Shown piece by piece: positions 9,652 to 18,798 of a stretch of 64,000 bases of DNA. The position numbers and the translations under genes are program-made. Numbering within the stretch: the first letter of the stretch is position 1; every line of letters starts with the position of its first letter. Source of the DNA: Nitrospiraceae bacterium (lineage in GTDB: Bacteria > Nitrospirota > Nitrospiria > Nitrospirales > Nitrospiraceae); assembly GCA_037442105.1 (NCBI GenBank), contig JBBIQV010000010.1:1-64000 (forward strand). The letters are read 5' to 3'. The notes beneath the pieces are model-generated. The model worked only from the letters and a program-made list of their open reading frames with translations, was not told where the DNA came from and made no database searches.

Positions 9652-10641
9652 TTGCCACGGGAACTCTCTCTCGCAGAAATCTTTCAGCTTGGCTACTACT
9701 GGGAAACCAAGATCCTGTTGACCGCCGTCAAGCTCGACCTGTTTTCGGCCATCGATGGGCGATCCCGAACTGCCAAAGAGGTCGCCGACCGACTGGGCGC
9801 CGATGAGCGGGCGCTAACCCTGGTGATGAATGCCCTGGTAGCCATGCGCCTGCTGACGAAAGAAGGGGATTCTTATGCCAACACAGAGGTTGCCGGGACT
9901 TATCTCGTGAAGCATGGGCCCCAGTACGTCGGGCATCTGCTCGTGCTTCACGACGCTGAATGGGACAACTGGGGGAAGCTGGAACAGACGATCCGCACGG
10001 GTCGTTCGCCGGTCACGAAGCACGTTTTCGAAACCGATCCGGACTTGGGCGTGAACATCCTCTCAGTCCTACATCGTATCGGCCGGCAGAGCGGTCCCGA
10101 ATTCGCGAAGCGGCTGGCGTTGCATGAGGCGAGGACATTGCTTGATCTCGGCGGAGGAGCTGGGACGAACGCCATTGCGTTCGTGACGGCCTATCCCAAT
10201 CTCACCGCGACGATCTTCGATCTGCCGGCGACGTTGCCTCTTACAGAGAAGACCGTCAAGGAAGCAGGCCTGGAAGGACGCATTGCGCTCAAGGCAGGGG
10301 ACTTCAATCAAGACCCCTTGGGCGGCCCGTATGATCTAGCGCTTATGTCGGACATTCTCCACTATCAGGATTTCAACGCGAATGCAGCCGTTGTGAAAAA
10401 GGTCTTCGCGCACCTCGCGCCTGGAGGCCGGCTGGTGATCAAGGATCGATTTCTTGACCCAGCCGGCACCGGACCGGCGTGGACGACCGCGTTTGCGGTG
10501 CATATTCTTGTGAATACCGAGAGAGGCGGCTGCTACCGCACGGCAGACGCGATGCGTTGGATGGCCGACGCAGGCTTTGAATCCGTAACCGAGTTGGAGC
10601 AGACCGCCGTGGTGCAGGGCACCAAGCCGCGTAAGAAGTAG
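9652..10641 (+). CDS. Class I SAM O-methyltransferase with N-terminal dimerisation domain (Methyltransf_2; BchU/CrtF/TcmO-like)
   Basis: LLDLGGGAG SAM motif, 'AGDF', 'DILH', N-terminal wHTH 'AVKLDLF..TAKEVA'; TTG start with GGAG RBS. Confidence 0.85.
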   Translation: MPRELSLAEIFQLGYYWETKILLTAVKLDLFSAIDGRSRTAKEVADRLGADERALTLVMNALVAMRLLTKEGDSYANTEVAGTYLVKHGPQYVGHLLVLHDAEWDNWGKLEQTIRTGRSPVTKHVFETDPDLGVNILSVLHRIGRQSGPEFAKRLALHEARTLLDLGGGAGTNAIAFVTAYPNLTATIFDLPATLPLTEKTVKEAGLEGRIALKAGDFNQDPLGGPYDLALMSDILHYQDFNANAAVVKKVFAHLAPGGRLVIKDRFLDPAGTGPAWTTAFAVHILVNTERGGCYRTADAMRWMADAGFESVTELEQTAVVQGTKPRKK

Positions 10642-10665
10642 AAAGGCAAAAGGAAAAAGTAAAGT

Positions 10666-11382
10666 ATGGTGGAGTGGCTGAAACAACCGGGGTTCATCGG
10701 AACCCACGCGACCATCGGGGCTGACCTGAGTCAACTCATGGCCACCCTGTTCACCGGGCTGTTCGTGCTTGGTTGGTTCCAGGCGAAACGGCATCAAGGG
10801 CATACCCACCATTGGTTGATGCTGGGCGGGATGGTCGCCATGCTCGGCTTCTTCACCAGCTATTACCTGTTCCGCCAACTCGGGGTGCTGGCGTTCGAGG
10901 GAAAAGCAGGTTTCGGCGGATCACAGGCTCTGTACGACAACGTCTTTATTCCGCTGCTGACGGTGCACATCATCCTCGTCGTCATCGGCTTGGTGATGGC
11001 GGTCTATATGATTGTGCTCGGCTTTCGTGCGCAAGCCATGGCCGGCGGCAAACGCGTGCTCAAAGAGACGCTCTTGCAAACGTCCTGGGAAAGGGTCGGG
11101 ACTATTTTGGGAGGCATCACCGCGCTGGTGCTGTTGCTATTCCTGTTCCGCGTCATGTCTGCAGGATTTTCTTTGCGCAAGCTCACGGTCTACATCGGCT
11201 TGCTGGTACTGGTGGCGATTGTCTTCGCAATCGAGATGATTATTCAGCGCATCTGGCCGAACGGCGCGCACCGGCATCGGGCGCTCGGCCGCTTTACCAT
11301 GATCATCTACTGCATCCTGTTCGTGACGGGAACGACGACGTACACCATGCTCTATATTCTGTATCCGGGGAAAATTGGATGA
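10666..11382 (+). CDS. DUF420-domain membrane protein
   Basis: Multiple TM helices; 'HHWLM..GFGGS..LLTVHIIL' and 'HRALGRFT' resemble DUF420. Confidence 0.7.
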   Translation: MVEWLKQPGFIGTHATIGADLSQLMATLFTGLFVLGWFQAKRHQGHTHHWLMLGGMVAMLGFFTSYYLFRQLGVLAFEGKAGFGGSQALYDNVFIPLLTVHIILVVIGLVMAVYMIVLGFRAQAMAGGKRVLKETLLQTSWERVGTILGGITALVLLLFLFRVMSAGFSLRKLTVYIGLLVLVAIVFAIEMIIQRIWPNGAHRHRALGRFTMIIYCILFVTGTTTYTMLYILYPGKIG

Positions 11383-11411
11383 GTGATGGGTGATCAGTAC
11401 GGGGCTTCGCG

Positions 11412-11906
11412 ATGTTGACGTGCGGCTGCGGGCGGTGGATGCATGCGGAGGGAGTGGAGGAGCGTGTGACGTCCACGGGCGAGGCGACGTGGTTCGTGCG
11501 GTCCGAATGTCGAGGCTGCGGCCTGCGGGTCGGCGTGGATGTGCCGGCCGGTCAGGAGGAAGGTCTGGTCGATCGCATGATATGGACGGATGATGCGCGC
11601 CATCGGCTGGACCGTCTCCCTCCGTATGTGGCTCCGCTCATTAAACAGGACGTGGAATCGTTTGCGCGGCTTCGAAAGCAGCGCGTGATCACCTATGATC
11701 TGATCGCACAAGCGAAGGCCGGAGATCTTGTGACGTGGGATCCCGAAGCAGAGCGACGCCTTGAGAATGTTCCCGGTGCTGTCCGGGCGATGGCACGGGT
11801 TGAGCTCGAACGGACAGCGGTTGAGCGTGGCGGATCTCGGGTGACCGTCGCATTGATGGAAGAAGTGAAGGCACGCTACTTCGGCATGGCCGCGCAACAA
11901 GGCTAG
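11412..11906 (+). CDS. PCP_red (BchB/ChlB C-terminal)-domain protein with N-terminal Cys ribbon
   Basis: Two repeats 'W..DA..RL..P..V....' (IWTDDARHRLDRLPPYV; TWDPEAERRLENVPGAVR); N-terminal CxC and CxxC. Confidence 0.8.
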   Translation: MLTCGCGRWMHAEGVEERVTSTGEATWFVRSECRGCGLRVGVDVPAGQEEGLVDRMIWTDDARHRLDRLPPYVAPLIKQDVESFARLRKQRVITYDLIAQAKAGDLVTWDPEAERRLENVPGAVRAMARVELERTAVERGGSRVTVALMEEVKARYFGMAAQQG

Positions 11907-12097
11907 CGCGCATTATTCATGAGCACTTCTGCTGCAATCGCGCATTCGCTGCTGCGACAAGCCTTCGGCGGGCAGGCTCGCCGCTTGCCCCCTCGACGTA
12001 CTGTTCAAGTACGCCTTGGGGCCAAGCGGCTCCGCGTGCCCGTCTCGCGACGCGACTGCGCGATTTCGCGACGAACCGTCATGAATAATGCGCGCTA
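11904..12097. mobile_element. MITE-like element, copy 1 (194 bp)
   Basis: Perfect 19-bp TIR TAGCGCGCATTATTCATGA / TCATGAATAATGCGCGCTA; internal hairpin around CGTACTGTTCAAGTACG; ends shared with copy at 32.8 kb. Confidence 0.8.
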
Positions 12098-12101
12098 AGG
12101 G

Positions 12102-12178
12102 GTCAACGGTGAGTGGTAAGGTGAAAATGCCGGGGATCCAAGTCGCAGTCCACTTACCATTTACAACTTACTACTAAC
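12102..12178. repeat. Inverted degenerate heptamer tandem arrays
   Basis: GTCAACG GTGAGTG GTAAG.. facing CACTTAC CATTTAC AACTTAC TACTAAC (12151-12178). Confidence 0.55.
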
Positions 12179-12188
12179 TGGTTAGAAG

Positions 12189-13268
12189 ATGTTGCATCGA
12201 CTCGCTCTTCGTGTGCTTCCGAGTTTAAGTCTGGTTGTGACGGAAGACCAGGTTCGGAAGCACAAGCGTCTGGTCATGTTCGTGCCGGGATTGATTGCCT
12301 TCGGGCTCTACCGTCTTGCCAAACATCTGCTGCCTCTCTCCGAACCGATGATTCTGCTCGCGGTCAGCGGCATGATTGCGTTATTGACGGCAGCCGGAGC
12401 CTATCGGGTCGGACGGAGGCTGTCCTTTCCCGATATGGTGAAGGCCGACGGCGTTCGACGCGTGATATGGCTGCTCGGCTGGATCGGCTTTGCCTACGGT
12501 GTGCAGTTGTCTCTCCTCGTGCTCGCCCTCTTATGGCTTGTCGGCTACGATTATCTGAAACATCCGGATGGACCGGCCATGATGGCGATCATCATCGCCT
12601 GCACGGCCGTGGCGCGCGATGCGTTTGAGATCGGCTGCGTGCGCCGGCTGGAGGCGGCAGGGAGACCATTCCCAACGTTCCCGGATGGCATGTCCCTCCG
12701 GACGATGATTGCCACGCAAGGGCGGCAACTCGCTCCCTGGTTGGCGATCGGTCTGGGGACCGGTGCCGGTTCGGCAGCGCTCGGTGCGATCGTCGATCAG
12801 GGAACGGCGCGAGTGCTGGTACAGCTCGCCTGTGCTACGATCGCGGCTGGGTCCGTCACGGTCGGCGCCTACTTTGCCGGACAGCAACGGGACGGTGGTT
12901 GGGTACGGGCGATGGTGAGCACGAGTTGGATGAAGTTGTTCCAGTTCTGGTGGTGGCCGGGATTGGCATTTGCCGCGACATATGTTTTCGTGCTTGCCGG
13001 AGCGGTGCTCTACCTGGCCCGAGCGGAGTCGATCTCTGTCGTCGGAGGCTGTGCGATGAGCGGCCTTGTCGGTGGGGTGATGGCACTGTACGGCTATTAC
13101 CTTGGGCACCGTCGGCAGGTCGAAGATCGCGCGCAACAGACCGTTCCTGCCTCCATGCTCCGCTGCCCCTTCGTCATGGGCATTTTAGGAAAATCGCAGA
13201 GTTTCTCCGGCCGGATCGGCCTCGCCTCGGCCGGCGTCGCATTCGGAAAAACCGGACCGAAAGCATGA
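12189..13268 (+). CDS. Hypothetical polytopic membrane protein
   Basis: About 8-9 hydrophobic segments; lies 7 bp upstream of the bd-like gene. Confidence 0.7.
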   Translation: MLHRLALRVLPSLSLVVTEDQVRKHKRLVMFVPGLIAFGLYRLAKHLLPLSEPMILLAVSGMIALLTAAGAYRVGRRLSFPDMVKADGVRRVIWLLGWIGFAYGVQLSLLVLALLWLVGYDYLKHPDGPAMMAIIIACTAVARDAFEIGCVRRLEAAGRPFPTFPDGMSLRTMIATQGRQLAPWLAIGLGTGAGSAALGAIVDQGTARVLVQLACATIAAGSVTVGAYFAGQQRDGGWVRAMVSTSWMKLFQFWWWPGLAFAATYVFVLAGAVLYLARAESISVVGGCAMSGLVGGVMALYGYYLGHRRQVEDRAQQTVPASMLRCPFVMGILGKSQSFSGRIGLASAGVAFGKTGPKA

Positions 13269-13275
13269 GCGCAAC

Positions 13276-15156
13276 ATGAAACGATTCGACGTGCGTTTCT
13301 ACCGCATCGTGGTCGCCGCGGCGGCCTTGTTCCTTCTGAGCGGTTGGTTTCCGGACAATCACATGGCGGAAGCCGGGCCTGTGGGGGTGGAGAGAGCTCC
13401 CGACATGTACTACAAAACCGAAGGCACGCCGGTTGGGCCGCCGGCCCCCAACGCCCAGGAAACCGTCTATGCCCGGTATGGCTCGCTCGACAACCGGTTG
13501 CTCGTCTGGTTCGTCACGCAGCAACACACCTACTTCGGCGGTTTCGTGCTGGCGTTGCCCATCTTTTGTGTGCTGCTGGAATTTATGGGTCTTGCCACGC
13601 GCAATCCGGCGTTGTCGCTCCGGTATGATGGACTGGCGCGCGATCTGCTGAAAGTTGCGTTGCTGGCGCTCTCGATCACGGCCATCGTGGGCAGCCTGAT
13701 GTTAAGTCTGTTTGTTACGCTCTATCCGAGCTTCATGCAGTATATGGGGAACACCTTCAAGGGCTTGATGCCGGTCTATGCCATGGTTTTCGTCGGAGAG
13801 TCGTTGCTGCTCATCCTTTATTACTATAGCTGGGACCGCATGGTGGAACCGGGTCTCAAATGGATCCATTCGGCGATCGGCATCGTGACCAACGGGTTCG
13901 GGACGGCGCTGTTGCTGTTGGCCAATGCCTGGGCGGCGTTCATGATGGCACCGGCCGGCGTGGATGCGCAGGGGCGCTTTCTCGGCAATACCTGGCATCT
14001 GCTCCATTCAGCCTTGTGGAACCCGCTCAACGTGCATCGCTTTCTCGCGGATATCATGTCGGGAGGGGCCGTGGTCCTCGCCTATGCCTGCTACCGATTC
14101 TTCAACAGTAAGAGCCAGGAGGAGCGGGCCTATTATGACTGGGTGGGGTACGTGTTTCTGTTCGTGACGGTGTGCGCGCTGTTGCCGATGCCGTTCGCGG
14201 GTTACTGGCTCATGCGGTCGGTGTATGCGTTTCGTCAGAGCATGGGCGTGACCATGATGGGGGGGCTCTTGACCTGGCTGTTCGTCGTCCAGGCGCTGCT
14301 GATCGGCGCACTCTTTCTGGGGATCAATTACTACCTCTGGCAGAGCATGGGACGGATTCGTGGCGGCGAGCGATACCAGCCGTTTTTCCAGTTTCTCCTG
14401 CTGGGGCTGATGGCCTGTTTGTTCATCTGGTTGACCCCTCACACCGTCATGGTGTCTCCGAGCGAGGTGAAGGCCATGGGCGGCGCCCAGCATCCGGTGG
14501 TGGGCAATTATGGCGTGATGTCGGCGAAGAACGGGGCCGTCAATGTCATGATTTGCCTCACGGCACTGAGTTACATCTTCTATCGGCGCGCGAACCGGAC
14601 CATGACTGTGTCGTGGATCAAGATAGGCAACGCGGCGCTCGCTGCCTTGTTCGGCTTGGGTATGGCGCACATCGTCTGGCTGGCGATCTACGGATTTTAC
14701 GTGCCGGCGAGCATTCGCGTGGCGCTCTCTGGTCCGCAGGCCTTGACGACCCTCACGGTCGTGGTGGTCGGTATCCTCATCAATCATCTCATGCTGCGAG
14801 GGGCGACGGTGCGTGGGCCGATCCAATGGGGCAAGATGTCAGTCCGTGGCATGGTCGGGCTCTTTGCTCTCGCTGCATCATTTTCTTGGGTCATGGGACT
14901 GATGGGCTACATTCGCTCGTCGGGACGGCTTTCCTGGCATGTGAACGAGGTCATGTCCGACGTGTCGCCCTGGGCCTTTACGCCGTCGCTCGGGTTTGCA
15001 GCCAAGATGGTGACGCTGAACATGGTTGTGTTCTGGGTGGCGGTGCTGGCGCTGTTCTGGATGTCCCAGCGAGGACAGCAACCGGTATTGCGGGAAGAGG
15101 AGTTGAGGGAGGAGAAGAATCCCGCCTTTCTCCCCTCACCCTCACAGGAGGTTTAG
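13276..15156 (+). CDS. Cytochrome bd-like oxidase subunit I (paralogue A)
   Basis: CydA-like 'QQHTYFGG', 'LLANAWAAFMMAPAG', 'NPLNVHRF'; about 13 TM; collinear with 18799 product. Confidence 0.85.
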   Translation: MKRFDVRFYRIVVAAAALFLLSGWFPDNHMAEAGPVGVERAPDMYYKTEGTPVGPPAPNAQETVYARYGSLDNRLLVWFVTQQHTYFGGFVLALPIFCVLLEFMGLATRNPALSLRYDGLARDLLKVALLALSITAIVGSLMLSLFVTLYPSFMQYMGNTFKGLMPVYAMVFVGESLLLILYYYSWDRMVEPGLKWIHSAIGIVTNGFGTALLLLANAWAAFMMAPAGVDAQGRFLGNTWHLLHSALWNPLNVHRFLADIMSGGAVVLAYACYRFFNSKSQEERAYYDWVGYVFLFVTVCALLPMPFAGYWLMRSVYAFRQSMGVTMMGGLLTWLFVVQALLIGALFLGINYYLWQSMGRIRGGERYQPFFQFLLLGLMACLFIWLTPHTVMVSPSEVKAMGGAQHPVVGNYGVMSAKNGAVNVMICLTALSYIFYRRANRTMTVSWIKIGNAALAALFGLGMAHIVWLAIYGFYVPASIRVALSGPQALTTLTVVVVGILINHLMLRGATVRGPIQWGKMSVRGMVGLFALAASFSWVMGLMGYIRSSGRLSWHVNEVMSDVSPWAFTPSLGFAAKMVTLNMVVFWVAVLALFWMSQRGQQPVLREEELREEKNPAFLPSPSQEV

Positions 15157-15157
15157 C

Positions 15158-15835
15158 TTGAACAGGGGTGCGCTGATGTCGATGGAGTTCGTTCGATGGA
15201 GCGTGGTCGTTGGAGCAGGAGTGATCGCTGCGGCGAACCTCTCGCTGCCGGTCGTCCGTGCGGAGGCTCCTGTCTCGATTGTGCTGGAAGATTTTCGCGC
15301 GAAGGAACCGGACGGGTTCCCCTCGGATTGGGAGCATGAAAAACAGCGCAGCGAGGCGAAGGGGCGAGACGCTTACAAGGTCCAATCGGAGAACGGCGCA
15401 ATGTTTCTGGCTGCGAAGGATGCGGGGCAACGGATCAAGAAAAAGAAAATCGACTGGGATCCCAGAGCTTATCCAATCCTCACCTGGCGATGGAGGCTTC
15501 ACAAAGCTCCGAACGACAGCGAGCCCATTGCAGCGATTTATGCGTCACTGGATACCGATCTGATGTTTATTCCCGTGTTCACCAAGTATACCTGGAGCGC
15601 CACCAAGCCTGAGGGCTCGCTCACGGAGGGGGGAATGTTCAGCGGGTCCGAGATTGTGGTGCAGAGCGGCATGAAGCCTATCGGCGAATGGGTTGAAGAA
15701 CGGGTCAATGTCTACGAAGACTTTACGCGCATTCATCAGCACGAACCGGCCCCGAAGGCATGGGGAATCTCGATCCTGACCGGCCCCAGCGTCGAGATCG
15801 ATTTTGGACCGATCACGGCCAGCTCCGTTCGGTAG
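15158..15835 (+). CDS. DUF3047-like exported protein
   Basis: Signal peptide; 'YPILTWRW', 'KYTWS', 'GEWVEERVNVYEDF'; GGAGG RBS before TTG. Confidence 0.7.
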   Translation: MNRGALMSMEFVRWSVVVGAGVIAAANLSLPVVRAEAPVSIVLEDFRAKEPDGFPSDWEHEKQRSEAKGRDAYKVQSENGAMFLAAKDAGQRIKKKKIDWDPRAYPILTWRWRLHKAPNDSEPIAAIYASLDTDLMFIPVFTKYTWSATKPEGSLTEGGMFSGSEIVVQSGMKPIGEWVEERVNVYEDFTRIHQHEPAPKAWGISILTGPSVEIDFGPITASSVR

Positions 15836-15862
15836 CCTTCGCACAGGAGCCTCGTTACCCAC

Positions 15863-16240
15863 ATGAACGAGACACCGGTCACGCCATTTCCCATGCGGCG
15901 CGTCATCGACATGGTGTTCGGCGGCGTCGTGATGGGCACGGTGGGCACGATGATCGGGTTGGTTATGGGGGGCTCGATCGCGCCTGTTGCGGTGGGAGCC
16001 GGCCTTGTGCTCGGAGCGGTGGTCGGGTTCTTGGGCGGGCGGCGCTTTCTTGTCAGTATCCTTGTCGGCGCCGTGATGGGGGGCGCATTGGCCTGGCTCG
16101 TAGCGGGCGCTGAGAAGGTTTCTGTCGGAGCCGGCGCCGGGGCCGCCATGGGAGGATTCCTGGGCGTGCAGATTTCGATGTTGCTGGACATGCGTGCGGC
16201 GCGCAAATCGTCGACGGAACTCGCCGATCCGCCAGCCTGA
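15863..16240 (+). CDS. Small glycine-zipper membrane protein
   Basis: GxxxGxxxG repeats in 4 hydrophobic helices. Confidence 0.7.
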   Translation: MNETPVTPFPMRRVIDMVFGGVVMGTVGTMIGLVMGGSIAPVAVGAGLVLGAVVGFLGGRRFLVSILVGAVMGGALAWLVAGAEKVSVGAGAGAAMGGFLGVQISMLLDMRAARKSSTELADPPA

Positions 16241-16305
16241 TCGGTTTTTCCTTCCTGGTTGCTCGTGCGCGCCTGAGATCCGAATCTTGTCGTCGGTGGA
16301 GGGCT

Positions 16306-17196
16306 ATGGAAAATAAAGGGGTGCTCATCGGTTCGATCATCTTCGTGTTTGCCTCCTTTATCCTGATGATCGTGGGCTTGGTGTGGGAGTCGCACAAAGC
16401 CAAACAAGCTCGAGAGCTCGCGCTAAGCATCAAGACCGAGAGTAAGCCGGTCAGCGTACCCGTGAAGCAAGACTACTCGATGTACAAAACCATCGTCGGG
16501 GACGAGGGGCGTGAGATGGTACAGATTCCGGAGGGGCCCTTCACGATGGGCAGCAAAGACGGCGATCCCGATGAGGCCCCTGAACATCAAGTCTATTTGA
16601 AAGCCTATTACATCGATAAGAGGGAAGTGACGCAAGAAGAATATGAGCGGTTCTGGAAGATGACGAAACGCCGCAAGCCGGTTGTCGAGGTGTTTGAAGA
16701 TGACCAGGCCAAGATTCTGAAGCCGGAGTTGCCGGTTATGGGGATTTCGTGGCCCGACGCGGAGGCGTATTGCAAGTGGGCCGGCAAACGTTTGCCAACG
16801 GAAGCGGAATGGGAGAAGGCCGGACGGGGAGAGGGAAAGAGAAAATATTCTTGGGGAGATGAGTTTGGTGCCGGGCACGCCAATCTCGACGGGAGCGAGG
16901 ACGGGTATCAATACCTCGCACCACCGGCGTCATTCGAATCGGGCCGCAGTCCTTATGGAGTGTATGACATGGTCGGCAACGTCGCCGAATGGGTCGCCGA
17001 TCCGTACGGAGAACATTATTACCAGAAAAGTACTTATCGCAACCCGAAGGGGCCCGACGAAGGTGAACATAAAGTCATACGCGGCGGGTCGTGGCGGGAG
17101 ACGCCACAAAATGCCAGACTCTCGAAACGGTTCCAGGCGAAGTATTGGCGAACGGACATCACGATCGGATTTCGCTGCGCCAAAGACTTGGAGTGA
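16306..17196 (+). CDS. FGE-sulfatase (SUMF1/NirV-like) domain protein, membrane-anchored
   Basis: 'IPEGPFTMG', 'RLPTEAEWEKA', 'YDMVGNVAEW', 'RGGSW', 'GFRCA'; N-terminal TM. Confidence 0.9.
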   Translation: MENKGVLIGSIIFVFASFILMIVGLVWESHKAKQARELALSIKTESKPVSVPVKQDYSMYKTIVGDEGREMVQIPEGPFTMGSKDGDPDEAPEHQVYLKAYYIDKREVTQEEYERFWKMTKRRKPVVEVFEDDQAKILKPELPVMGISWPDAEAYCKWAGKRLPTEAEWEKAGRGEGKRKYSWGDEFGAGHANLDGSEDGYQYLAPPASFESGRSPYGVYDMVGNVAEWVADPYGEHYYQKSTYRNPKGPDEGEHKVIRGGSWRETPQNARLSKRFQAKYWRTDITIGFRCAKDLE

Positions 17197-17226
17197 GCAA
17201 GTGCGTTCGCCTTGAGCTCGTGAGCG

Positions 17227-18165
17227 ATGTTAGATAAGAAATTCAAGGTAGCTCTGTTGCTCGCCGTGCTTGTAGCGGCCAGCATGCCCATTATAGGCAT
17301 ACTCAGAGGTTCTATACGCACGCCATTTGAAGAGATGGGACAACCTCCGACGGGAAACACTGCCGATAGCTCTGTCGCCGGGGTCGTTGCGGACGAGCAC
17401 CCGATTCCTGAAGATATGGTCCTGATACCTGCAGGACCATTTGTGCGGGGAACGAATCGCGGGGGTTTCGATGAGCAACCAGAACGAAGCATTTTTCTAG
17501 ATGCGTTTTCGATCGATCGCTATGAAGTGACGAATCATCAGTACGAGCAATTCGTCGCTGCCACTGGTCATCGCAAGGCCGGTCCGCCTTCGCGGTATGC
17601 GAAGAACATGGTGCGGATGCGAGGTCTCAATCAGCCCGTGGTGTATGTATCATGGGACGACGCCGTTGCCTATTGCCGATGGAAGGGAAAACGCTTGCCG
17701 ACGGAAGCCGAGTGGGAGAAGGCGATGCGCGGTGTCGACGGCCGTTTGTGGCCGTGGGGGAATGCGGAACAATTGAATGCCGCCAATTGGGCACGAGTCA
17801 ATGATGGGTATGAGGTGACGGCTTCGGCAGGGACGTTCGAGGGCGACAGAAGCCCTTTTGGCGTCATGGACGGCGCAGGTAATGTGATCGAATGGGTGGA
17901 TGATTGGTATCGCGAGACCTATTATCAAGATTCGGCGGAAAGAAATCCGCAAAGTCCTGAAAATGGCGTTTATAAGGTGTTGAGAGGGGGCGGGTACACC
18001 ACAACGGGATCTGATCTGCGAATCACGAGTCGGAGCAAGATGATCCCTGATTTTCGGGATGAAACAATCGGCTTCCGTTGTGCGGCTTCAGGAGCAAAAG
18101 TTGGAGATGTGGAGAGGGTGGCGAGGGAGGAGAAAGCTATAGAAAATCAAAGTAGTAGAGAATGA
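17227..18165 (+). CDS. FGE-sulfatase (SUMF1/NirV-like) domain protein
   Basis: 'RLPTEAEWEKA', 'GNVIEWV', 'RGGG', 'IGFRCA'; N-terminal signal/TM. Confidence 0.9.
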   Translation: MLDKKFKVALLLAVLVAASMPIIGILRGSIRTPFEEMGQPPTGNTADSSVAGVVADEHPIPEDMVLIPAGPFVRGTNRGGFDEQPERSIFLDAFSIDRYEVTNHQYEQFVAATGHRKAGPPSRYAKNMVRMRGLNQPVVYVSWDDAVAYCRWKGKRLPTEAEWEKAMRGVDGRLWPWGNAEQLNAANWARVNDGYEVTASAGTFEGDRSPFGVMDGAGNVIEWVDDWYRETYYQDSAERNPQSPENGVYKVLRGGGYTTTGSDLRITSRSKMIPDFRDETIGFRCAASGAKVGDVERVAREEKAIENQSSRE

Positions 18166-18185
18166 GAAATACGGCCAAAATTATA

Positions 18186-18214
18186 TTGACAACCATACCA
18201 GCCAAAACTATAAT
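18186..18214 (+). promoter_or_regulatory. Consensus sigma70 promoter
   Basis: Exact TTGACA-N17-TATAAT with AT-rich upstream sequence. Confidence 0.85.
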
Positions 18215-18367
18215 GTCGAACAATTTTGAGCTTTTCTTCATGCTACTTTTACACTCCTGAACAAGAGTTGAAGTGAGGGGAATTCATTAACATACGCATG
18301 TTGGCCTGTCAAGGAATTGGGTGAGGCATCATCTCATACGAGCAATCGAGGAGGGGGAGAGAAAGAA

Positions 18368-18484
18368 ATGGAAGCCGCGGGTAGCGATCTGAAAACAAAG
18401 ATGGGGAAAATGATTTTTTATGTCACCTGTGCCGTGAGTATTTGGTTCTTTTACTGGTTTGCAGGAATTCAATGCCCGTGTTGA
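18368..18484 (+). CDS. 38-aa single-TM microprotein (not in ORF track)
   Basis: MEAAGSDLKTKMGKMIFYVTCAVSIWFFYWFAGIQCPC*; purine-rich RBS GAGGAGGGGGAG. Confidence 0.7.
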   Translation: MEAAGSDLKTKMGKMIFYVTCAVSIWFFYWFAGIQCPC

Positions 18485-18557
18485 TCACGGGCAATTTTTT
18501 TGCCCGGAGTTTTCGTTGATTCAAGCCAAGGCGGAGTGAAGGAAGGGGGAGTGTGAC

Positions 18558-18680
18558 ATGGGGCAGACTATTTTTTACGTTCTTGTGTCGGTGATTATTT
18601 GCCTTGTGTATTTCACCGCGATCGATCATTTCCTGATGGATATGCAGGGGCTGGATTACTGGTACTTGTTCAGGAAGTGA
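18558..18680 (+). CDS. 40-aa single-TM microprotein (not in ORF track)
   Basis: MGQTIFYVLVSVIICLVYFTAIDHFLMDMQGLDYWYLFRK*; RBS AAGGGGGAG. Confidence 0.7.
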   Translation: MGQTIFYVLVSVIICLVYFTAIDHFLMDMQGLDYWYLFRK

Positions 18681-18754
18681 GGCGATCCTTGGTGACTGCG
18701 TGGGTGTTCTGCGCAAGTATCCTGCCGAGTATCAAGGCTACGTGAATCATATCG

Positions 18755-18784
18755 TGATGTATCTGATGTATCTTCTGATGTATC
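18755..18784 (+). repeat. TGATGTATC x3 direct repeat before RBS
   Basis: Copies at 18755, 18764 and 18776, ending just before AAGGAGG. Confidence 0.7.
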
Positions 18785-18798
18785 TAAGGAGGTAAGCC

